DNA from: Flavobacteriaceae bacterium
GTDB taxonomy: Bacteria; Bacteroidota; Bacteroidia; Flavobacteriales; Flavobacteriaceae
Assembly (NCBI GenBank): GCA_041689995.1
Contig: JBDNFD010000106.1
Span: 554-64,553 of the forward strand
DNA length: 64,000 bases
Direction: 5' to 3'
The notes under the pieces: generated by a model
The model's input: only the letters and a program-made list of their open reading frames with translations
The model's database searches: none
Told to the model about the DNA's origin: nothing
Position numbers and translations under genes: made by a program
Shown here: in pieces, positions 55,434-64,000 of the stretch
Position numbering within the stretch: position 1 is the stretch's first letter
How the letters are laid out: each line of letters starts with the position of its first letter

Positions 55434-57347
55434 TTACTTCACTTGATCAATGATTTCCTGCACCGTTTCAGGATTGAGCAAGGTGGAGGTGTCACCAATA
55501 TTTTCTAAATCGTGGCAAGCAATTTTGCGCAAAATTCGTCGCATTATCTTTCCACTGCGCGTTTTTGGAAGTTCGTTCACGAAATGCACGACATCAAGTT
55601 TCGCGATCGGACCGATGAGATCACTAATATTCCGATTGATTTCCGTCTTGATTTCATCCGATCCTTCCAGTCCACTTTGCAGGCTGACGAAGGCACAAAG
55701 TGCATTTCCTTTAATGTCATGCGGGAACCCGACCACTGCGCTTTCAACAACTTTTTCATGTTCGTTGATGGCGTTTTCAATGGGGGCAGTGCCCAGGTTA
55801 TGTCCCGAAACAATCACCACATCGTCCACCCGGCCGGTGATTCGATAATTTCCTGAAGCGTCCCGGTACGAACCATCACCGGAGAAATACATGTTTTTAA
55901 AAGCTGAAAAATAGACCTTCTTATATCGCTCGTGATTGTTCCAAATTGTCCGAGCCATAGCGGGCCAAGGAAATTTGAAAGCTAAGACACCTTCCGCTTT
56001 CTGATTGTCGAAAGGAATTTCCTTTCCATCTTCCCCTATCAAAGCTGGTTGAACGCCCGGCAAAGGCAATGTTGCAAAAGTTGGGCGAGTGGCGGTAATT
56101 CCGGCCAATGCGGAAATCATAATTGCGCCGGTTTCAGTTTGCCACCAGGTATCCACAATGGGGCAATTTCCTTTTCCGATATGATCATTGTACCAATGCC
56201 AAGCTTCTTCGTTGATAGGTTCGCCCACGGAACCCAAAACCTTTAAACTCGACAAGTCGTGCTCTTGCACAAAGGAAAGCGGATGACGCTGAAGTGCGCG
56301 AATGGCCGTTGGTGCCGTATAAAAATGGGTGATTTTATGTTTTTCGATTATCTCCCAAAATCGCCCAAAATCTGGGGAACTTGGAACACCTTCGAACATG
56401 ACGCTGGTAGCACCGGCTGCCAACGGGCCGTAAATGATATAGGAATGACCGGTGATCCATCCAATATCGGCGGTACACCAAAAAATATCATTGGGTTCCA
56501 TTTGAAAAACATTCTGAAAAGTATAGGTTGTCCCAATCATATATCCGGCAGTCGTGTGCACCATTCCCTTGGGCGTTCCTGTGGAACCGGATGTGTATAA
56601 AATAAAAAGGGCATCCTCGGCATCCATTGATTCCGCCTTACAGGAAATTTCGGCTTTTTCCAGTTCATCGGACCAGAATTTATCGCGGTTTTCTTTCATA
56701 TCCACTGGTGCATCTGTGCGCCGAAAGACGATCACATTTTCGATGGAAGATGTTTTTTCCAAGGCGTCGTCGCAGATTGCTTTCAAATTGATTGTTTTGG
56801 ATCCGCGGTAACCTTGATTTGCAGTAAGCAAGAGTTTGCATTCGGAATCATTGATGCGATCGGCAATAGATCTACTGGAAAAACCCGCAAAAACGATGGA
56901 ATGAATTGCCCCGATCCGCGCACAGGCCAACATGGCAATTGCCAATTCGGGAATCATAGGCAAATAAATACAAACCCGATCACCTTTTTTAATACCATTG
57001 TTTTTTAGAACATTGGAAAATTGACAAACTTTTTCATGTAGTTCTTTATAGGAAATATGTCGTGATTTTCCATTTGGGTCATTTGGTTCCCAGAGAATTG
57101 CGGTTTTACTGCCTAATTTTTCGAGATGACGATCGAGACAATTTTCGGTAATGTTTAATTTTCCGCCTTGAAACCATTTAATTTCTGGTTTTTGGAAATC
57201 CCATTCCAAGGTTTTTTCCCACTTTTTGTGCCATGAAAATTTTGCCGCTACTTCCTCCCAAAAAGTTTCCGGGTTTTGCACACTCTCCCGATAAGCGGTT
57301 TTATAATCTGAAAATGTTTTAAGCTGAAGATCGTCTGGAATATTCAT
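55434..57347 (-). CDS. acs: acetyl-coenzyme A synthetase
   Basis: 637 aa. YTSGSTGTPKG AMP-binding motif and C-terminal PKTRSGKIMRR. Confidence 0.95.
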   Translation of the reverse strand: MNIPDDLQLKTFSDYKTAYRESVQNPETFWEEVAAKFSWHKKWEKTLEWDFQKPEIKWFQGGKLNITENCLDRHLEKLGSKTAILWEPNDPNGKSRHISYKELHEKVCQFSNVLKNNGIKKGDRVCIYLPMIPELAIAMLACARIGAIHSIVFAGFSSRSIADRINDSECKLLLTANQGYRGSKTINLKAICDDALEKTSSIENVIVFRRTDAPVDMKENRDKFWSDELEKAEISCKAESMDAEDALFILYTSGSTGTPKGMVHTTAGYMIGTTYTFQNVFQMEPNDIFWCTADIGWITGHSYIIYGPLAAGATSVMFEGVPSSPDFGRFWEIIEKHKITHFYTAPTAIRALQRHPLSFVQEHDLSSLKVLGSVGEPINEEAWHWYNDHIGKGNCPIVDTWWQTETGAIMISALAGITATRPTFATLPLPGVQPALIGEDGKEIPFDNQKAEGVLAFKFPWPAMARTIWNNHERYKKVYFSAFKNMYFSGDGSYRDASGNYRITGRVDDVVIVSGHNLGTAPIENAINEHEKVVESAVVGFPHDIKGNALCAFVSLQSGLEGSDEIKTEINRNISDLIGPIAKLDVVHFVNELPKTRSGKIMRRILRKIACHDLENIGDTSTLLNPETVQEIIDQVK

Positions 57348-57503
57348 AGAATCACAAATTGAAAATTACAAGCCAAAGTAGGGAATTTTTATGGAAAAAA
57401 AAGATAAATATGCGAATTTTTTGTAATTTGAGAAGTTATGAAACCAGCATTTTTCGGCCGTTTGCGTTTGCAATAATGAGAAGATTTGAAGAGAAGGGAA
57501 TAA

Positions 57504-57959
57504 TTATTTCCTATGGAACCCAACTATTTTTTGAATTTCGACCACCATTTTTTCTGGATAACCTGGCGTTATGGTCACTTTTGCAAGGTTGCCCTGTAAA
57601 TCAATTTCGATGTGTTGGGTTTGTTTTCTTCCTTCCTGTGTAAAAATATAGGATCCTCGAATCTGGTTGCCTTCTTTTTTGGCGGAAATTTTTCCCCTAC
57701 GGCTATCTTTCTCAGCTGGGATCCAATCGTAGGTTCCGGTTACGGTGTTTCCATGAATTTCCAGTTGCATTATCAAGGAATCCGATACTTTTTTACCTTG
57801 AATTTCAGTGTTGCCAAGCACGCTCAGAAAACACATCTTTTTTGGGGAAATAAGGGCTTCTTCGGTTTTTTCTTTGGAATTTTTAAATTCCCCATTCTTT
57901 GCCTTTTCTTGACAAGCGATGGTAAAAATACCAATTACAATGAAAATGATGTTTTTCAT
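57504..57959 (-). CDS. hypothetical lipoprotein
   Basis: Lipobox FTIAC. No family recognised. The ORF extends to 57977. Confidence 0.45.
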   Translation of the reverse strand: MKNIIFIVIGIFTIACQEKAKNGEFKNSKEKTEEALISPKKMCFLSVLGNTEIQGKKVSDSLIMQLEIHGNTVTGTYDWIPAEKDSRRGKISAKKEGNQIRGSYIFTQEGRKQTQHIEIDLQGNLAKVTITPGYPEKMVVEIQKIVGFHRK

Positions 57960-58012
57960 TTTATGGGAATTTGACACTAAAACCGAAACTAATAATTAAG
58001 CAATTCCGCCTT

Positions 58013-59011
58013 TTACTTCACTCGGGCCGGATTTACCCATTTGAAATGTGTCACCTCCGCCGGAATACGTATGCGTTGGTTGATTCGGTCCATTCTATCG
58101 GGAAGGGCCATGACAAAATCCCTAGCTTTTTCCCCTTCTTCGTTCAGGCCGTTCAAATCGGCAATTTCCCATTTATCGATCAGTTTCCGCATGATGTCCA
58201 CGTAATCTTTTCCGGTATAAACGCCGATACGTTGAGCGGCATTGGAAAATTCATCAAAAGCAGAACCTAAACTTTCCCCAGATTCCCGAAGAAATTGGGC
58301 CGGCATGACGATTTTGTTTTTCATCATATCTTTGAAAGCGATCATCATGCCATTCGGATCGACCGTCAGAATTTCCTTCACGAAAATACTATATGCGTTA
58401 TAATGTCGCATTTCGTCCCCAGAGATGATTTTACACATTTTTGAAAGTGATTTATTGGAATATTCTTTGGCTATTTTGGCAACACCATTGTGGGAAATAT
58501 AGGTGGCCAATTCCTGAAAACTGGTATAAACAAAGTTTTTGTATGGATCGCGATCGGTGCCAATATCGAAACCGTCATTGATCAAATGTTGTGTGGTGCG
58601 TTCAATCTCTTTCATATTCACGCGGCCCGATAAATAGAGATATTTGTTCAAAGTGTCGCCATGTCTGTTTTCCTCGCCGCTCCATTGGCGCACCCAACGC
58701 GACCAACTGTTTCCCGGAACGCCATCGTGTTGGTCAATTCCTTCCACATCCATGAGCCAAGATTCATAGGTTGGGAGTGCTTCTTCAGTAATAGTGTCGC
58801 CCACAAGCACCACCCAAAAATCATAAGGAAGTTCCTTAGCGAGTTCCCGAAGTTCCCGTACTTCATCATAAAAAGATTCTGTTTGCGAATTTGGCAAGAA
58901 ATCGGTTGGTTGCCATATTTCTTCAACAGGAATCAAATAATCACTGATGAATCCATCGACTTTTGGTTCCAACTGCTGCATTACTTCCAAACGTATATTG
59001 AACTGCGACAT
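58013..59011 (-). CDS. soluble acyl-ACP desaturase (FA_desaturase_2, stearoyl-ACP delta-9-desaturase-like)
   Basis: Di-iron ExxH motifs (EENRHG, DEMRH) and the family-typical TYESWL and FQELAT segments. Confidence 0.85.
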   Translation of the reverse strand: MSQFNIRLEVMQQLEPKVDGFISDYLIPVEEIWQPTDFLPNSQTESFYDEVRELRELAKELPYDFWVVLVGDTITEEALPTYESWLMDVEGIDQHDGVPGNSWSRWVRQWSGEENRHGDTLNKYLYLSGRVNMKEIERTTQHLINDGFDIGTDRDPYKNFVYTSFQELATYISHNGVAKIAKEYSNKSLSKMCKIISGDEMRHYNAYSIFVKEILTVDPNGMMIAFKDMMKNKIVMPAQFLRESGESLGSAFDEFSNAAQRIGVYTGKDYVDIMRKLIDKWEIADLNGLNEEGEKARDFVMALPDRMDRINQRIRIPAEVTHFKWVNPARVK

Positions 59012-59022
59012 AATGTTTTTTG

Positions 59023-59757
59023 CTAATTAAGGATATCTTTTTTGATGCTTTCTTCTACTTCCACGACCAGTGCATCTAAATCGTGTTTTTTTACAAATAT
59101 AGGTTCTTGAACTTTACATACCAATTTTATGCCAATGTTTAAGGGAAAATTACCAAATTTTTGAAGTTTCCAAGAATTGTTGATGCTTATCGGGATAATT
59201 ACAGCTTCCGGACAAAGCTTGAATAATATTTTCAGGCCGTTTGGTGAAAATCTTTTCGGCTGCCCATCCCTGCTGCGGGTGCCTTCAGGAAAAATGACGG
59301 CAGCATTTTTCGTTCGGTTCAAATATTCGGCAAATTTCTTCATTTCCGGTAGTGCTTGACGCGGATTTTTACGATCGATTAAAATGGATCCGCCATGGCG
59401 TAAATTATAGGAAATACTGGGAATCCCTTTTCCAAGTTCTTTTTTGCTGACGAATTTTGGGTGTAATTTTCGCAAATACCAGATTATCGGGGAAATATCG
59501 TACAAACTCTGATGGTTGGACACGATGATATGTGGTCTGTTTTTTTCGAACTTATATTTGTTGTCAAAAACAATTTCCGTTCCCAAGATATTCAAGCAGC
59601 GCAACAAACACCAATTGAAAGCATCGACACTTTTCTTATGTGCCTGGTAGCCGAAACCATTGAAGCAGATCCACTGAATTGGATGGAAAACCAAAATAGT
59701 AAGCAGAAAAAAGAAATAGTAAATAACCGAGATTGGATATGCCAAAAGTTTTTTCAT
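59023..59757 (-). CDS. plsC: 1-acyl-sn-glycerol-3-phosphate acyltransferase
   Basis: VSNHQSLYD (HX4D) and FPEGTRS motifs, with an N-terminal TM. Confidence 0.85.
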   Translation of the reverse strand: MKKLLAYPISVIYYFFFLLTILVFHPIQWICFNGFGYQAHKKSVDAFNWCLLRCLNILGTEIVFDNKYKFEKNRPHIIVSNHQSLYDISPIIWYLRKLHPKFVSKKELGKGIPSISYNLRHGGSILIDRKNPRQALPEMKKFAEYLNRTKNAAVIFPEGTRSRDGQPKRFSPNGLKILFKLCPEAVIIPISINNSWKLQKFGNFPLNIGIKLVCKVQEPIFVKKHDLDALVVEVEESIKKDILN

Positions 59758-59829
59758 AGGGCAATGTTAGCATGCAAAAATAAACTTTCCGAAGTTGTGG
59801 GAAAATATTTCTCGCATCAGTTTTTCCGT

Positions 59830-59868
59830 AAAAAAAACCTAGCAGGTTTCGAACACCTGTTAGATTTG
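59830..59868 (-). terminator. intrinsic terminator after the bacilliredoxin gene
   Basis: Minus strand: ACAGGTG...CCTGCTAGG hairpin followed by T8. Confidence 0.65.
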
Positions 59869-59917
59869 GATCGCTTTTTAAAAACGGTCTTTCAAGCTGA
59901 ACTAATGAAAATTTATT

Positions 59918-60328
59918 TTAACAAAACTGATCGTAAGCTTCTTTTAGATTTTCTGCAATCATTTCTGCTGGGCGGCCTTCAATATGGTGGCGCTCCAACA
60001 TGTTGACTAATTCACCATCTTTGAACAGAGCCATTGCTGGCGAACTCGGAGGAAAAGGAACCATGCGCGCGCGCGCTTTGTCGGTAGCTTCTTTGTCCAC
60101 TCCCGCAAAAACCGTCACCAAATGAGCTGGTTTTTTTTCGTTCGCAAGCGACATTCTGACGCTTGGTCGCGCATTTGCAGCGGCACAGCCACAAACCGAA
60201 TTTACCACTAATAAAGTGGTTCCTTCTTGAGCCAATGCCTGATCAACTTCTTTCGCACTATGTAATTCGTGAAACCCTTCGGAAATTAGCTCTTCCTGCA
60301 TGGGTTTTATTAATTCCAATGGATACAT
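59918..60328 (-). CDS. BrxA/BrxB-family bacilliredoxin (DUF1094)
   Basis: 136 aa. NSVCGCAA redox motif and overall YphP/YqiW-like sequence. Confidence 0.8.
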   Translation of the reverse strand: MYPLELIKPMQEELISEGFHELHSAKEVDQALAQEGTTLLVVNSVCGCAAANARPSVRMSLANEKKPAHLVTVFAGVDKEATDKARARMVPFPPSSPAMALFKDGELVNMLERHHIEGRPAEMIAENLKEAYDQFC

Positions 60329-60440
60329 ATTTTCTCTTTTTTTTGGATTATTTCTTCAGTTGTCAAAGATACGAAAATTACCGGTTATTTATCCACTTTT
60401 TGAGTTCCAAATGGATTGATCCTAATTAGGATAAAAATTT

Positions 60441-60812
60441 TTATTCTCTCGATTTTTGCGATGGATCCTTATATTTTTTGGCGTCCGATCCTTTATATAT
60501 TGTTTGGGCAGAAGAAGATTTGCTTACAGAATTTGCAGATTCCTTCGGCTTTTTGTTCCGGGTGCTTTCGTCTGTTTCCAAAGGCTTTTCATTCAATTTA
60601 TTGTCTTGCATTTTCGGAATATCCAATCCCTCACCTGTGTAATCCACGGGTTTTTTGCGATCTTTGAAATTTCCGTCCATTTTCTCCTCCACACTTTGGT
60701 TGTTCAAAACTTCCTTATCAGCTTTGGTAATCTCTGGATTATATTTCATGCCTTTTGGGAAATTTTCCTGGCCGGTTTTGTTTTTTTCGGGTTCGTGCTC
60801 TTTCTTCGTCAT
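60441..60812 (-). CDS. hydrophilic, Lys/Glu/Asp-rich hypothetical protein
   Basis: 123 aa and probably disordered. The antisense ORF (60456-60830) is less plausible. Confidence 0.4.
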   Translation of the reverse strand: MTKKEHEPEKNKTGQENFPKGMKYNPEITKADKEVLNNQSVEEKMDGNFKDRKKPVDYTGEGLDIPKMQDNKLNEKPLETDESTRNKKPKESANSVSKSSSAQTIYKGSDAKKYKDPSQKSRE

Positions 60813-61044
60813 AGCTTCTTTTTTTGGTGAAATACCAAATTAAAACTAAAAAAATAAATCACCTTATTGTGGACGTTAAATCTTACTTAATGTATTGGAT
60901 TGCGACTGAAGAAGCACCACAAAGCGTCTTTTTGATTATAAAATAATGTTGATTTTTTGGCGAAAATTTCAAGAAACTTCATGCTATTTCTTTTTTCTGC
61001 AGAATTAAACTTGAAATCCCTTGACAAGCCCCTGTTTCAGATCG

Positions 61045-61052
61045 TATATTTG
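61045..61052 (+). promoter_or_regulatory. -7 box TATATTTG (with TTG at 61021) upstream of queA
   Basis: TTGACA...N18...TATATTTG, about 25 nt upstream of the start. Confidence 0.45.
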
Positions 61053-61078
61053 CGGCTCAAAAAAACAGCTCTATGGGA

Positions 61079-62128
61079 ATGAAACTTTCGCAGTTCAGTT
61101 TTGAATTGCCAGAAGGTCTTTTGGCCGAATACCCTTCCGAAGATCGAGACGAAGCACGATTAATGGTGCTCGACCGCAAAACCAAAACCATCGAACATAA
61201 GAAATTCAAAGACTTGATCGATTATTTTGAGCCGCACGATGTGATGGTTTTGAACAATACCAAAGTCTTTCCGGCGCGATTATACGGAAATAAAGAAAAA
61301 ACCGGAGCCCGCATTGAAGTGTTCTTGTTGCGAGAACTGAACGCAGAAACCCGATTATGGGACGTTTTGGTCGATCCGGCACGGAAAATTCGGATTGGCA
61401 ATAAATTATATTTTGGCGAAGATGAAAGTTTGGTGGCGGAAGTGATAGACAATACCACTTCCCGTGGACGGACACTTCGATTTTTATATGATGGGTCCTA
61501 TGAAGAATTTCGTAAAAGATTGGCCGAACTCGGCGAAACTCCTTTGCCGAAATATATCAAACGAAAAGTAGAGCCTGAAGATCATGACCGGTATCAAACC
61601 ATTTATGCAAAAAATGAAGGAGCGGTAGCCGCGCCAACCGCTGGATTGCATTTTTCCAAACATTTGTTGAAACGTATGGAAATCAAAGGAATCGACTTTG
61701 CCGAAGTGACTTTGCACGTTGGTTTGGGAACTTTCAACCCGGTGGAAGTCGAAGATTTATCGAAACATAAAATGGATAGCGAAGAAGCGAACATTGATGC
61801 AAAAGCCGTAAAAGCGATCAACAAAGCTATCGCGGAAAAGCGAAAAGTGTGTGCCGTGGGAACAACAGTGATGCGCACCTTGGAAAGTGCCGTGAGCTCA
61901 AACCATACGCTGAATGAATTCAATGGGTGGACAAATAAATTCATTTTTCCACCTTACGATTTCAGTATCGCTGATTGTATGATCACGAATTTCCACACCC
62001 CAAAATCCACTTTATTAATGATGACTTCGGCTTTTGCTGGATATGATTTTATGAAAAAAGCATATTCCGAAGCCATCAAGGAAAAATATAACTTCTATAC
62101 CTACGGCGACGCGATGTTGATTTTGTAA
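61079..62128 (+). CDS. queA: S-adenosylmethionine:tRNA ribosyltransferase-isomerase
   Basis: [20 protein letters not shown]-terminus, plus [10 protein letters not shown] and [11 protein letters not shown] motifs. The ORF opens at 61073. Confidence 0.95.
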   Translation: MKLSQFSFELPEGLLAEYPSEDRDEARLMVLDRKTKTIEHKKFKDLIDYFEPHDVMVLNNTKVFPARLYGNKEKTGARIEVFLLRELNAETRLWDVLVDPARKIRIGNKLYFGEDESLVAEVIDNTTSRGRTLRFLYDGSYEEFRKRLAELGETPLPKYIKRKVEPEDHDRYQTIYAKNEGAVAAPTAGLHFSKHLLKRMEIKGIDFAEVTLHVGLGTFNPVEVEDLSKHKMDSEEANIDAKAVKAINKAIAEKRKVCAVGTTVMRTLESAVSSNHTLNEFNGWTNKFIFPPYDFSIADCMITNFHTPKSTLLMMTSAFAGYDFMKKAYSEAIKEKYNFYTYGDAMLIL

Positions 62129-62165
62129 ATCGAATCTATTTTTTGTGCCACGAATCTATTTTTTT

Positions 62166-62302
62166 GCCACGAATTCACGAATGCTTTTTTAAAATGTATC
62201 AATTTTATTCGTGCATTTGTGGCTTGGGTTTTTGTGCCACGAATTCACGAATGCTTTTTTTGGGGTTTCTGAGTTGAATATTTTTATTCGTGCATTCGTG
62301 GC
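62166..62302. repeat. two tandem palindromic elements (17-nt arms GCCACGAATTCACGAAT / ATTCGTGCATTYGTGGC)
   Basis: Element 1 spans 62166-62223 (15/17 arm pairs). Element 2 spans 62235-62302 (16/17). Partial arm copies lie at 62130-62165 and 62314-62336. Confidence 0.75.
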
Positions 62303-62440
62303 TTCTGTTTTTTTAAAATGTACGAATGCTTTTTTTGTCAAATTTTTATAACCGTATAATAATTCCGAGAAAAACATCTTATATTCTTGCATTTGTTGCA
62401 TAATCACTTAAATATATAAACTTTTATTAGGGTATCATTT

Positions 62441-63487
62441 ATGAAGGTGAAAAAAGACATACGCGCTTTATCAAAAGAAAATCTTCGGGAATTTTTTGTT
62501 TCTGAAGGCGACCACGCTTTTCGGGGAAACCAGGTTTATGAATGGCTTTGGAAAAAAGGGGAGCATTCGTTTGAAGGAATGACGAATCTTTCCAAAGAAA
62601 CGCGGCAGATATTGGAAGATAATTTTGTGATCAACCACATCAAAGTCGATCAGATGCAGCGCAGCACGGACGGAACCATCAAAAATGCGGTGAAACTCCA
62701 TGACGGCTTCACCGTGGAATCGGTCCTTATTCCCACGTCTTCACGGACTACAGCTTGTGTTTCTTCACAAGTTGGCTGCAGTTTGGACTGTCAGTTTTGT
62801 GCCACCGCGAAATTGAAACGCATGCGCAATTTGAACCCTGATGAAATTTACGACCAAGTGGTGGCAATCGATCAGGAAAGTCGCTTGTACAACGGAATGC
62901 CACTTTCGAATATTGTTTTCATGGGAATGGGTGAACCTTTGATGAACTACAACAATGTGTTGAAATCCATTGAAAAAATCACTTCCCCCGAAGGTTTGGG
63001 AATGTCGCCGAAGCGTATCACGATTTCCACTTCCGGCGTGCCAAAAATGATCAAAAAATTGGCAGATGACGAAGTGAAATTCAACTTGGCGGTGTCGCTT
63101 CATTCAGCAATCGATGAAATCAGGACTTCCATAATGCCGTTCAATGAAACTTTTCCGTTGGTCGATTTGAAAGAAGCTCTGATTTATTGGTATGAAAAAA
63201 CCGGCAAAAAAGTCACCTACGAATACTTGATTTGGAAAGGCGTAAACGACACACAAAAAGACATCGATGCCTTGGTGACCTTTTGCAAAGCAATTCCGTG
63301 CAAAGTGAATATTATCGAATATAATCCTATCGGCGATGATAAATTCCAGCAAGCAGATTCTTCTGTGACCGAAGCCTACGAGAAAACCTTGGAGAAAAAC
63401 CATATTACCGTCACGGTCCGCCGTTCCCGCGGAAAAGATATCGATGCGGCTTGTGGGCAGTTAGCGAATAAGAGTTCAGAGTGGTGA
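62441..63487 (+). CDS. rlmN: 23S rRNA/tRNA adenine-C2 methyltransferase RlmN
   Basis: 348 aa. Radical-SAM motif CSLDCQFC and C-terminal DIDAACGQL. Confidence 0.95.
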   Translation: MKVKKDIRALSKENLREFFVSEGDHAFRGNQVYEWLWKKGEHSFEGMTNLSKETRQILEDNFVINHIKVDQMQRSTDGTIKNAVKLHDGFTVESVLIPTSSRTTACVSSQVGCSLDCQFCATAKLKRMRNLNPDEIYDQVVAIDQESRLYNGMPLSNIVFMGMGEPLMNYNNVLKSIEKITSPEGLGMSPKRITISTSGVPKMIKKLADDEVKFNLAVSLHSAIDEIRTSIMPFNETFPLVDLKEALIYWYEKTGKKVTYEYLIWKGVNDTQKDIDALVTFCKAIPCKVNIIEYNPIGDDKFQQADSSVTEAYEKTLEKNHITVTVRRSRGKDIDAACGQLANKSSEW

Positions 63488-63752
63488 GTGGTGAGTGAGG
63501 AGTTATGAGTGAGGAGTTATGAGTTATGAGTGGTGAGTGGTGAGTGGTGAGTGGTGAGTGGTGAGTGGTGAGTGGTGAGTGGTGAGTGGTGAGTGGTGAG
63601 TGAGGAGTGATGAGTGATGAGTTATGAGTTATGAGTTGTGAATGCAGCCTAAAGCCTATAGCTTACAGCCTACAGCCTAAAGCCTATAGCTTACAGCCTA
63701 AAGCCTAAAGCTTACAGCCTACAGCCTAAAGCTTACGGCCCTACAGCCTCAC
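63472..63752. repeat. in-phase heptanucleotide tandem array (about 40 units, two blocks)
   Basis: Block A (63479-63639): 23 GAGTNNN units, of which 12 are GAGTGGT. Block B (63647-63752): about 15 GCYTAMA units. Counted by hand. Confidence 0.9.
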
Positions 63753-63788
63753 AAAAAAAACGCTCCGAATTTCTTCGAAGCGTTTGTT
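63752..63788 (-). terminator. intrinsic terminator after the T9SS-CTD gene (bidirectional position)
   Basis: AAACGCTCCGAA/TTCGAAGCGTTT stem with one mismatch. T8 follows on the minus strand. Confidence 0.7.
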
Positions 63789-63845
63789 ATGGTGTTTGTC
63801 ACAGACTTACTAAATAACCGACTACTTAATAACCCAATAACCAAT

Positions 63846-64000
63846 TTACCTTTTCACGATTTTAAAAGTCGTTACTTTTCCTTGTACTTTCACATTTGCT
63901 AAATAAACACCTGTGTTCAAGGAACCCAAATTGATCATTTCCTCGTTGGAGGAAAGTTTTTCAGAAATCACTTTCTGACCTAAAATATTGTAAAGATCAA
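63846..64000 (-). CDS. C-terminal end of a T9SS type A sorting-domain protein (continues off window edge)
   Basis: Own translation: ...DLYNILGQKVISEKLSSNEEMINLGSLNTGVYLANVKVQGKVTTFKIVKR*. Confidence 0.7.
   Translation of the reverse strand, partial: DLYNILGQKVISEKLSSNEEMINLGSLNTGVYLANVKVQGKVTTFKIVKR

Noticed and set aside
62130-63752. Possibility that the palindromic elements or the heptamer array are a CRISPR array
   Set aside because: There is no repeat-spacer organisation. The units are 7 nt, or hairpin arms with no unique 25-40-nt spacers. No cas genes lie in the window.
63479-63752. Resemblance of block A (GTGAGT) and block B (TTACAG) to eukaryotic 5' and 3' splice-site consensus sequences
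   Set aside because: This is a bacterial context with no ORF to splice. The resemblance comes from short motifs repeated many times. It is noted only as a curiosity.

Overview
Chromosomal segment of an AT-rich Bacteroidota genome, almost certainly Flavobacteriia. Supporting signals: T9SS type A and type B C-terminal sorting domains, TAnnTTTG -7 promoter boxes close to start codons, no Shine-Dalgarno sequences, DUF3098/DUF4271/DUF4296/DUF2141 families, and a Cys-less DnaG zinc-finger region. There are about 60 protein genes plus tRNA-Phe, and most are core housekeeping: truB (partial), uppP, ftsX, leuS, pckA, hemD-like, pyrC, tyrS, coaX, lptC, a CNNM/GldE-like protein, ppiD-like, dnaG, an ECF sigma/anti-sigma pair, a GreA-family factor, uvrB, oxyR, acs, acyl-ACP desaturase + plsC, bacilliredoxin, queA and rlmN. 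One surface/uptake locus holds a TonB-dependent receptor, a beta-helix-like lipoprotein, a PhoB/PhoR-like two-component pair and a secreted EEP nuclease, with an LTD/T9SS protein nearby. Accessory content is limited. A HepT/MNT cassette is wedged between truB and uppP. One decayed island at about 21.6-26.3 kb carries a frameshifted PIN toxin with a small partner, an intact HigB/HigA pair flanked by two copies of the same 161-bp IS110-transposase 3' fragment, a truncated gene plus a GNAT, a duplicated response-regulator promoter/5' fragment, and about 1.1 kb without ORFs that includes a GC-richer, hairpin-dense stretch. I found no CRISPR array, cas gene, integrase, reverse transcriptase or complete multi-gene defence operon. 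The most unusual signals are non-coding: two tandem sRNA-like modules (18.5-18.8 kb), the ORF-free structured-looking segment (22.38-22.75 kb), a ~280-nt in-phase heptanucleotide array (63.47-63.75 kb) and paired long-stem palindromic elements (62.17-62.30 kb). All functional calls rest on my own motif recognition and hand alignment; no searches or folding programs were run.
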